Shown here piece after piece: positions 8,617 through 15,766 of a stretch of DNA of 42,327 bases. The DNA lies in the IMG/VR virus record IMGVR_UViG_3300032216_001508, positions 1 to 42,327 of that record; one strand, written 5' to 3'. Every line of letters begins with the position of its first letter. Positions within the stretch are counted from its first letter, which is position 1. A program made the position numbers and the translations under genes. The notes under the pieces were generated by a model, which did no database searches, was not told where the DNA came from, and worked only from the letters and a program-made list of their open reading frames with translations. Source of the stretch: a virus (lineage: Duplodnaviria > Caudoviricetes).

Positions 8617-9372
8617 TTACAGTGAGAGTGATGACGGACTAGAGACTGAACCTAGTCGCCCAATTCTTACTGCTTCGATAATTGCTTCTGCTCGTACCTT
8701 GCCAAACGTCATCTCGGCAGAGCGTTCCTCTTGCATGCCGTTGGTAATCAACTGCTGAAACGCATAGAAGGCTCGCAGTGATACTCGGCGTTCCGGTTCG
8801 GCAGAGATAACTGCTGTTGCAACTGTACGTAGGTGTTCCGGCAACTTAGCCAACGCTTCGGGGTGCGGAGCGTTAATCTCAATAGCCACCGGGAAACGGT
8901 CACGAAGTGCAATAGGCAAGTCGTCAGGGTGTTCTATGTTGCTAGTAATCACCGCAGAGAAACCTGACTTAGGTGTAACTACTTCACCGGTGTCGGGGTT
9001 CTGCCAACTAGAACTGGCAACGCTGTCGAGGAAGTTAAGTAACTGTCCTTGAACGTCACCACTAGCCTTGTCACCTTCGTCTACTACCAAGCGACCACCT
9101 GCTCGCCAAGCCTGAACTGCTTTGCCTTCGGAGAATGTCCAGTTGTCGCCGTTAGGCTTCCACGTACCTTCTATGTCGGCAGAGGTCATGTCCTCGGTGC
9201 AAGTCAGACGGAATACACCGTTACCAACGTTACCGTAGGTCAGACCACCAAACGTCTTACCAGTTCCCGGCGCACCGTAAAGTACAACTCGGTCAATACC
9301 ACACTGCAATACGTCATGGAAGTCTTGCCAGCATTTAGCCATTGGCAATCCTGTGTTGTTAATGTAACTCAT
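8617..9372 (-). CDS. MoxR/CbbQ-like AAA+ ATPase
   Basis: GAPGTGKT Walker A, LVVDE Walker B, ALRDRF arginine finger, SLR sensor. Confidence 0.85.
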   Translation of the reverse strand: MSYINNTGLPMAKCWQDFHDVLQCGIDRVVLYGAPGTGKTFGGLTYGNVGNGVFRLTCTEDMTSADIEGTWKPNGDNWTFSEGKAVQAWRAGGRLVVDEGDKASGDVQGQLLNFLDSVASSSWQNPDTGEVVTPKSGFSAVITSNIEHPDDLPIALRDRFPVAIEINAPHPEALAKLPEHLRTVATAVISAEPERRVSLRAFYAFQQLITNGMQEERSAEMTFGKVRAEAIIEAVRIGRLGSVSSPSSLSL

Positions 9373-9542
9373 ACTTTTTACCCTTTCGTAAAAGTGTCAC
9401 TTCCGGCTTGTCCGGAGAGCAACGTAAAAACATTACCACAAATCCTATCGCGCGCGCGATTATAAAAACCTATAAATTAAAACAACCTATAGGTAAAGCC
9501 CTCGCAGTTTTCATAGTTTTTTGCGAGGAGTTTTTTTATTTA

Positions 9543-9791
9543 CTATCCCACGTAGCGGACATACAACTTAAATCCGCCACCCTTAGTGATGTATCGGCGT
9601 TCCCACTCTTCACCCTTAAATACCTTAGGGGCAACCTGTGGTTTGCCTTCGTTAATAATCAAAGCCCATTCGCCGGGCTTGGCCATAATTTCGTTGGCCA
9701 TGGCCTGCCACTTTGTTGCACCGTTATGTGGTGGTGCTTCCCATCTGATGCTTTGCATAACTATCCTTTCATAGTTGTTACTGTTATACAC
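9543..9791 (-). CDS. Hypothetical protein (PGEWA...LYVRY)
   Basis: ORF within a cassette; start uncertain. Confidence 0.7.
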   Translation of the reverse strand: MYNSNNYERIVMQSIRWEAPPHNGATKWQAMANEIMAKPGEWALIINEGKPQVAPKVFKGEEWERRYITKGGGFKLYVRYVG

Positions 9792-9808
9792 CTTAGCAGA
9801 ACTAACGA

Positions 9809-10090
9809 CTACTCGTCAATTCCATGAAACATGGTCTCTGCAGCCATTCTTAAAGTATTGCTGATGTTAGGACTCATAATCACTGTGCTCTCTTTAACTA
9901 CGTAAGAAACGCCACCAATGTTACTGCCTTCACCATTAATCTCAAAGACCCAAGACCATAGACTTTCACCCTTATCTAACTTGTTATTCAGTTCCTTTAA
10001 CTGAGACATAGGTAGCGTACTGGTATCAAACAGTACCATGTTATCTGCTTGTCCGAAGTTGCCTGCTTTATCTAAGTACACTAATGCCAT
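9809..10090 (-). CDS. Hypothetical protein, 93 aa (MALVYLDK...)
   Basis: AAGGA RBS; first gene after the rightmost cassette promoter. Confidence 0.7.
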   Translation of the reverse strand: MALVYLDKAGNFGQADNMVLFDTSTLPMSQLKELNNKLDKGESLWSWVFEINGEGSNIGGVSYVVKESTVIMSPNISNTLRMAAETMFHGIDE

Positions 10091-10497
10091 TGTTGTTGCT
10101 TCCTTTTCTATTGCTCCCAGAACTTGCTCCCAGAAGGCGTACCGAAATTGTATCATACCTGGTCATCGCGCCCGCGCGATTAGAGGAAATCAAAAACCCC
10201 TAAAAATCTCGCGCATTTTATTGACCACAAACCGTCCTGGTTTTCAATTAGTTTTGTGTGTGAGAATTTTATATTTGAATTTTCGCGCGGGTCATGCGCT
10301 TTTTAGTGCTAGAATAAACCTGCGATTGGTACAAATTCTGGCAGTTTTCATATAATTCTTTGTGGGATAATTATATTATTAATTGATTATGTACCGTTAG
10401 TGGTTTAAAGGGTACCCTATACGCGTGCGAAGGGACGTTTATTGGTGTGAAAGCATCATTTCTCTCTCAAAACCCTTTAATAATCGGTTTCTAATAC

Positions 10498-10638
10498 TTA
10501 GAACTCATCCTGTTTGTAGTCTTTAAGTGCACTAGTGAACTGTTTATACAAATAATTCATGTAATTAGCCAGTTCAGTCTTGTCCATCTTCTCTAAGTCC
10601 TCTTGATTAAGACCGTATCTGCGTGGTTCTTCTATCAT
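10498..10638 (-). CDS. Hypothetical micro-protein, 46 aa (MIEEPRRY...)
   Basis: Manual translation. Confidence 0.55.
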   Translation of the reverse strand: MIEEPRRYGLNQEDLEKMDKTELANYMNYLYKQFTSALKDYKQDEF

Positions 10639-10779
10639 AACTGACCACTTTCAATAATCGCTGCTAGGCAACAGATAAACACTATCAAAATAGCAACCTT
10701 CATAGGCCAGTAATCCCTGCTAACAATGCCAAAGTTATCGTTACTAGGCTTACTACTATTGCCCATACTATTTCTCGCA

Positions 10780-11013
10780 TTATTCCGCCTGTTCTTTCAA
10801 GAACTCATTAATCAACCGTACTACGTCATTAATGGCCCAGTTATACACTATCCCATTGTTAGTAGTACCACTTGGCCATGTTTGTCCATCTTCGAAGGGG
10901 AACCTTAGTTCTCTTACCTTAGTCTTTAATGTCTCTATCTTTGATAAAGGTATGAGTGTTCCGGGGTCTTCTGGATTCTTCCCCCCCGAAAAATTTTGGA
11001 CGGACTCTTCCAT
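10780..11013 (-). CDS. Hypothetical protein, 77 aa
   Basis: ORF, TAATG coupling. Confidence 0.7.
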   Translation of the reverse strand: MEESVQNFSGGKNPEDPGTLIPLSKIETLKTKVRELRFPFEDGQTWPSGTTNNGIVYNWAINDVVRLINEFLKEQAE

Positions 11014-11237
11014 TACTCTTCTGATTCAGCCTCTACGTCATCCCAGTTCTGGTCTTGCTCTGCGAACTGGCCGCCTAGGTCAGATAGTAGTTCAGACACG
11101 ATTGGGATATCGGCAATGTCGGCACCCTTTTCTACGGCATTTTCCATGCCCTCAAGGATTGCTGCAACCATTCCCATAACCATCATTGATTGGCCACGGG
11201 TGATTGTGTAGGTAAATTCGTCTAGTGGGTTTGACAT
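11013..11237 (-). CDS. Acidic hypothetical protein, 74 aa
   Basis: ORF, TAATG coupling. Confidence 0.7.
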   Translation of the reverse strand: MSNPLDEFTYTITRGQSMMVMGMVAAILEGMENAVEKGADIADIPIVSELLSDLGGQFAEQDQNWDDVEAESEE

Positions 11238-11416
11238 TAGTTTAGTCCTGTCTGTTGTCGGATTAATTCTTCTGATTTATTTAGTAATTCCATTGATTCT
11301 AGCAACCCCGGTTCCCCGTATTTAACGTAGGACTCATGGGTTAGGTACTGCGCAATACTGATAGCACCAAGAACGGCGTTTAATTCTTCTCCATTGAGTT
11401 CTAAACTATGGTTCAT
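11237..11416 (-). CDS. Hypothetical protein, 59 aa (MNHSLELNGEEL...)
   Basis: Manual translation; AGGGA RBS. Confidence 0.65.
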   Translation of the reverse strand: MNHSLELNGEELNAVLGAISIAQYLTHESYVKYGEPGLLESMELLNKSEELIRQQTGLN

Positions 11417-11624
11417 TACTTCCCTTTCTTACAAGTGCAATTTCCACCGCAAGGGCAGTCCTTTTTGGGGGCTGTGGACTTTTGGTAGATACCATCTTTA
11501 ACGCCTTGACTAAACATGTGGATAAAGAAACCCACTGCCATGAAGAATAAAGCCGGTAATAGGAATACTAATAAAACGTGCATTTTCTGCTCTTTTCTGG
11601 GGTTCTTTTCCCCCCGCCAAAAAA

Positions 11625-11653
11625 TAGTACACCCTACATCTGGGGGCTGTCAA
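11625..11653 (-). promoter_or_regulatory. Canonical sigma70-type promoter
   Basis: TTGACA-N17-TACTAT on the minus strand. Confidence 0.65.
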
Positions 11654-11736
11654 GTACCTCATGCTGTTTGCAAAAAGGCGAGTACCATGTGCTTTGGAGG
11701 TAAAAAAGTAAAACCCTTTAATATTAGGCTTTTCAA

Positions 11737-11782
11737 AGTACCCAAAAGTACCTTTTGGAGTACCTTTTGGGGGGTACTTTTG
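11737..11782. repeat. Clustered AGTACC direct and inverted repeats
   Basis: AGTACCTTTTGG x2 (11747-11770); CAAAAGTACC/GGTACTTTTG inverted pair. Confidence 0.6.
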
Positions 11783-11783
11783 A

Positions 11784-11939
11784 CTACTGATTCTTAGAGA
11801 TAATCTCTAGTGCGTCAGCAATGCCCTGAGCATAGCCATTGTCATAGGGGTTATTTCCATTATGAGCCAATGACTTGTTCAAGGCTTCTGACAACCTTGA
11901 AAGCACTGATTGCTTTGCTGTATCTATTTTCTTTCCCAT
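11784..11939 (-). CDS. Hypothetical protein, 51 aa (MGKKIDTAK...)
   Basis: Manual translation; AGGAG RBS. Confidence 0.55.
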   Translation of the reverse strand: MGKKIDTAKQSVLSRLSEALNKSLAHNGNNPYDNGYAQGIADALEIISKNQ

Positions 11940-12517
11940 TTTACTATCTCCTTTATTGGTGTTATTTTTAATGCTGGTACTGCGACCCTGTTTATATCGT
12001 TGTTATATGGTTTTCCATTAACCCATAAATTTTTTGCATATCCCCCACCTAAAATTCTAACGGTAGTTTGCTCTTTGAGATTGTTGTTTGAACAATAGTT
12101 GCATACACAACCATATTTTATGGCCAATTTGCTTTCAACCCATAAAACCAACCGATTTAATTCAACGTCTTTACGGTCAACTGGCATAGAAAAACTGCTT
12201 CTTCGCCATTTGATTTCTAGTTCCGTTGACAACCATAATCCATCTGGCAAGCCGCTATATTTGCCATGGTCTGCCATATCCCAGACGCCAGCGTAACAAT
12301 AAGCGCCCAATATCTTGCAAGCACCTATTTCTGCTGCCGCCGCATGAACATTTGCTAAAACGTTGTCTGACATAAGGTTTTCTGCTTTGTAAGATACCCT
12401 GTCTTGCTTTGTAAGGTTTTGATTGTTTCTGCCCACCCCAATTTGATATGCGTTGTCATCCTCCCATGGCAGGAGTGTCGTAAATAGCGCATTTTCCTGG
12501 AGTTGGTGAACATCCAT
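11924..12517 (-). CDS. Hypothetical protein, possible PD-(D/E)xK nuclease fold
   Basis: AAAE...PDG...EIK arrangement. Confidence 0.45.
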   Translation of the reverse strand: MDVHQLQENALFTTLLPWEDDNAYQIGVGRNNQNLTKQDRVSYKAENLMSDNVLANVHAAAAEIGACKILGAYCYAGVWDMADHGKYSGLPDGLWLSTELEIKWRRSSFSMPVDRKDVELNRLVLWVESKLAIKYGCVCNYCSNNNLKEQTTVRILGGGYAKNLWVNGKPYNNDINRVAVPALKITPIKEIVKWERK

Positions 12518-12577
12518 TTGTACATGGTATCAGACTTTTTGTGGTAATGTTTAATTACACCTGAAAGAGGAAAAATA

Positions 12578-12916
12578 ATGATACTTGTCGACAAAATGTT
12601 GGCCGAAATGACTGATATTGAGCGCGAGTTTCTTGTACCGTCTAATTACGAACCTTTGCGTGGTTATTTCTTTGAAATGGGGTCTGTAGCGCGAAACGGT
12701 AATTGGATGGGATATGTTGTTTTGCCCGATGACACAGAAGTTAGAGTTGTTTGCTTTGAAGACACCGGCAAAATGAGATATGACAAGGAAGAGTCGTATT
12801 ACAAACTAGTCGAGGACGCTAATCAGGCTTTTCCAATGGATAGTTGCGCCATAGATACTATGACCGCATTGCTTATGTTGGTAGATTCAAACGATTGGGA
12901 CGATTGGGAGGATTAA
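12578..12916 (+). CDS. Acidic hypothetical protein
   Basis: ORF with GAGGA RBS. Confidence 0.7.
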   Translation: MILVDKMLAEMTDIEREFLVPSNYEPLRGYFFEMGSVARNGNWMGYVVLPDDTEVRVVCFEDTGKMRYDKEESYYKLVEDANQAFPMDSCAIDTMTALLMLVDSNDWDDWED

Positions 12917-13405
12917 GTGAACTATTTTTACGAACCACAAAAGTACACAATTGCTCTTTATGAGAAACGTGGAAGGTCTTACCGAGAAGTAGGTATTTTC
13001 TTTGAAAGTGAAGTTACGCCCGAAGAAGCCTTTGATTTGTTCCGCGAAATGTCCAATGCTATCCCTACATGGCAAGCCGTCGAGCATGCTTTGGAAGTAA
13101 AAGATACGGAAAATGTGATTCCAGAGTACGAAGTGCGTCTAATTGACCAACGACGAGTTTTGGCTACCGTTCTTTGGGACGAAAAAACCATGACAGAGAT
13201 TCTTGAAAATACATCTGCCAAAACCTTGCATAAAATGACTATAGAAGTAGAACTATTTGAAGACGAGCAAGAAGAAGACCCTTACGAATGGGACTGGAAC
13301 GAATTGATAATTACAGAAAGAATTAACGTAGTTGAGATTAATCCCCCATTGTCTGCTATGGTTAAGGAAGATATCTCAGAAGGGGAGAAGAATGAAGGAA
13401 TTTAA
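12917..13405 (+). CDS. Acidic hypothetical protein
   Basis: ORF, GGAGG RBS, GTG start. Confidence 0.7.
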   Translation: MNYFYEPQKYTIALYEKRGRSYREVGIFFESEVTPEEAFDLFREMSNAIPTWQAVEHALEVKDTENVIPEYEVRLIDQRRVLATVLWDEKTMTEILENTSAKTLHKMTIEVELFEDEQEEDPYEWDWNELIITERINVVEINPPLSAMVKEDISEGEKNEGI

Positions 13406-13529
13406 GTGTCCAAGTTGCAAGGCAACCGTTAGGGCAATAGCAACCGAAGTTACCCATCGTTGCCCGTCAAACAAAAACCAAACTACAAGATTTTTGTTGC
13501 AAGAAACCTTGACTAAAGACAAAAATTAG
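13392..13529 (+). CDS. Small Zn-ribbon-like protein (CPSC...HRC), 45 aa
   Basis: GGAG RBS. Confidence 0.55.
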   Translation: MKEFKCPSCKATVRAIATEVTHRCPSNKNQTTRFLLQETLTKDKN

Positions 13530-13537
13530 CCTACAAT
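13509..13537 (+). promoter_or_regulatory. sigma70-type promoter of the putative ncRNA
   Basis: TTGACT-N17-TACAAT. Confidence 0.7.
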
Positions 13538-13543
13538 AAACAA

Positions 13544-13730
13544 TTGTCTAGCCGTGACTTACGCGCACACTCTTAAGTGCACGGTTTTTCAAGTTAAAGG
13601 GTCCTTCTAACCCATTCCCTTTAACAAGACAAGTCCGGTAGTGGTGGCACCTTCGAGGAACGAATATAGCCACTGCTACCGGATTACCTCTTAGAAAGCA
13701 GAATAGGGGCCGGTTTCCCGGCCCCTATCT
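13544..13730 (+). ncRNA. Putative structured ncRNA, ~185 nt
   Basis: Own promoter, several nested helices, no convincing ORF, terminal hairpin. Confidence 0.6.
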
Positions 13731-13732
13731 TT
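13703..13732. terminator. Intrinsic terminator, probably bidirectional
   Basis: ATAGGGGCCGG-tttc-CCGGCCCCTAT between convergent units. Confidence 0.8.
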
Positions 13733-13751
13733 GCGTCTAATCACTTATGGT

Positions 13752-14447
13752 TTAATCTAGGTTAATAATACCTGAAGCCCACGATGGCTCAATTGCTGGA
13801 CCCATCTCTTGCATTTTTGCAGAAAAAAGATTTCTAGCAATTTCAATTTGTGCTTCAGACAACCTAAGGTCTTGGCTCAAAATAATTGCCATGAAAGCAG
13901 TTCCAACAAGTTGTGCTTGGTGTTCTTCCAATTCAATTACTCGTTTACGCAAGTCGTACTTCATCATAAATTCAAGTGAGCCTTGATATCTATCCCAGGC
14001 TCTTTCGATTATTTCGATTAATGCACGAACATGCTCAACGCCAGCCTTATCGGTTACTTCAAGTATTCCGTTAAGTTCACTAAGTTTGTCTTCAAGAATT
14101 AAAGACCATGCTTTCATTTTTCCAGCAAGTTGAAATGCCTCTACTTCGGGTGGACCTAATGGTTCTGGTTCTCCAAGACGTTCAGCCAATGTAGCAAGTT
14201 CTTTTTTCATTTGAACTTGTACAGCGCTTTTAACGTGATTTATTGAAGTGCCAAAATGCCATTTACATCTTCCTTCACCAAAATGTTCCGTTCCCATTCC
14301 TGCGGTTTTGACACAATAACGTTCAAAACCTAGTTCTTTTAACTCTTTGTTTCTGAGTTTTGCCCCGCACTTGCCCTCAAGGGGCTTGGCACTACCCGGA
14401 ATTTTATCATCGGGATAATGTTGCTCCCATAGTTCTTCATTTGTCAT
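13752..14447 (-). CDS. HGGxSTG-like Zn-binding domain protein, possible terminase small subunit
   Basis: CGAK...C...AG.GT.H.G.GRCKWHFG followed by a helical C-terminal region. Confidence 0.5.
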   Translation of the reverse strand: MTNEELWEQHYPDDKIPGSAKPLEGKCGAKLRNKELKELGFERYCVKTAGMGTEHFGEGRCKWHFGTSINHVKSAVQVQMKKELATLAERLGEPEPLGPPEVEAFQLAGKMKAWSLILEDKLSELNGILEVTDKAGVEHVRALIEIIERAWDRYQGSLEFMMKYDLRKRVIELEEHQAQLVGTAFMAIILSQDLRLSEAQIEIARNLFSAKMQEMGPAIEPSWASGIINLD

Positions 14448-14551
14448 CTTCGCCTCCTTCTTTCCATAAAGACGATGTATCAACAACTATTGTTCCCCAG
14501 TTAATTGCTACATAGGGCAACGTATTTACAGTGGTGTGAAAACTAAGTGTT

Positions 14552-14761
14552 CTAGACATTTAATTCACCATCAAACCACCAAGACGGTAATTCCCACTCC
14601 GATGGAGTTCCTAACCTCACCATATGAGCACAAGGGTCTTGACCCTCTTCCCATGCTTGTTCCTCGGTCTCGTGCATAGGCATGCCATCATGCGTATTGC
14701 AAAACTGTTCCGTGCAGAAACCGTTTTCAATGCCATGCTTTAGCCATTCTTCGAAGTTCAT
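14552..14761 (-). CDS. Phage hypothetical protein (C..HDG.P...DPC.H)
   Basis: ORF. Confidence 0.7.
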   Translation of the reverse strand: MNFEEWLKHGIENGFCTEQFCNTHDGMPMHETEEQAWEEGQDPCAHMVRLGTPSEWELPSWWFDGELNV

Positions 14762-14778
14762 CTCTTACCTTTGATTAT

Positions 14779-15261
14779 TTACCAGCCACCACCACAACCG
14801 AATTGGTTAGGTACGTGTTCTGGAATGCCTGCTGCTGCTTGTATTTTTCTTGCGATAAAAACTTGTTGTTCAGGACTTGCAGCGTACAACGGCCCAAACA
14901 ACTTTAATCCACCATAGTGTACCCAGTTGGTTTCTAATATTCCTAAACCACCTGAATAAATAGGACCCCTAGAATGCCACTTGCCACCAGTTTCACACTG
15001 TGCAACTTTTTGCCACTTATCCATAATGTCTGGAGAGACAAGTGGTGGTGGCACCATTGTTGGCAACGTTGTTGGCGCATCAATGTGCGTCAACGAAGGC
15101 GGTGCAACTGGTGGTGTTAGTAACGACGCAGGGTTCCAGGATGCCCCCATGTCTGTAGTTGTAGTTGTGGTTTGTGGTGCGTCTGCCGCGCTAGGCGTAG
15201 GCAATGTCGCACCTAGACCAAAACTACTAATGGACAAAAGAGCAATTGATAGATATTTCAT
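14779..15261 (-). CDS. Secreted Rpf-like lytic transglycosylase
   Basis: Signal peptide, P/T-rich linker, W..VAQCETGGKW...YSGGLG...W..YGG...ASPEQQ..IA. Confidence 0.8.
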   Translation of the reverse strand: MKYLSIALLSISSFGLGATLPTPSAADAPQTTTTTTDMGASWNPASLLTPPVAPPSLTHIDAPTTLPTMVPPPLVSPDIMDKWQKVAQCETGGKWHSRGPIYSGGLGILETNWVHYGGLKLFGPLYAASPEQQVFIARKIQAAAGIPEHVPNQFGCGGGW

Positions 15262-15271
15262 CTATTCCCTT

Positions 15272-15766
15272 CTACTTCGACCCACAGTGAAGATTTTTCA
15301 CTGGGCCAACGACGCTGGGGGAGTATTTAATTGCTACTTCCACAGCGTAGTTAAGTTCTTCTGGGCCTATTTCTTCGCAACCTTCAAGGTAGCCAAGTGA
15401 ATAGGGGGAACCTGAACCAATCGCCAGATACGGCGATTCCATTTCAATCATCGCAAAGTCACCTTGAATGATAACCAATGGACGACCGGGCCAAGCGCAA
15501 AGAATTTCCATATCCTTAATGGATTCATCTTCGCCCTTAACCTCTTTAAGCATAGAGACAATAGTCTCCGGGCTTACTTTTCTTGCCTTTAACTTCGACA
15601 AGAGATTTATAACGCGCCAAGAACCGGCTGCGCCAATGATTCCGTTACCCGCATGAATAATTGCTTTTGGTGTGCGGGCAGCAAGTACCATGTCGTCATC
15701 GCTCGATGCCGAGTCATAGTACATCCAACAATCTGTTTCGTTTGTGTAAGCAACAACAACTGTCAT
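15272..15766 (-). CDS. Ntn-hydrolase, HslV/proteasome-beta-like peptidase
   Basis: Thr at position 2, DS, downstream Lys, AIGSGS. Confidence 0.7.
   Translation of the reverse strand: MTVVVAYTNETDCWMYYDSASSDDDMVLAARTPKAIIHAGNGIIGAAGSWRVINLLSKLKARKVSPETIVSMLKEVKGEDESIKDMEILCAWPGRPLVIIQGDFAMIEMESPYLAIGSGSPYSLGYLEGCEEIGPEELNYAVEVAIKYSPSVVGPVKNLHCGSK

Larger units (their letters stand above)
636..10180 (-). promoter_or_regulatory. 15 dispersed copies of a non-canonical promoter: CG-alternating palindrome plus extended -10
   Basis: Palindromes at 651, 812, 1085, 1451, 1796, 2589, 3401, 3743, 4769, 5282, 6157, 6906, 8531, 9446 and 10165. Each is followed on the minus strand, after 10-12 bp, by TAnnnT, nearly always preceded by TGn. 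Confidence 0.85.

Noticed and set aside
636-10180. Repeats read as integron attC sites
   Set aside because: No RYYYAAC/GTTRRRY core boxes and no integrase in the window, and each cassette has its own promoter.
1559-10355. Plus-strand ORFs antisense to the early cassettes (e.g. 5087-5680, 9049-9465)
   Set aside because: Shadow ORFs overlapping well-supported minus-strand genes, without RBS or recognisable motifs.
39-10370. Repeats read as a CRISPR array
   Set aside because: Repeats are degenerate, spacing varies from about 60 bp to 1.6 kb, the intervals hold genes with RBSs, and no cas genes are visible.
13544-13632. Possible tRNA
   Set aside because: No TTCGA T-loop in the right position and only two internal arms; kept as an unknown ncRNA candidate.
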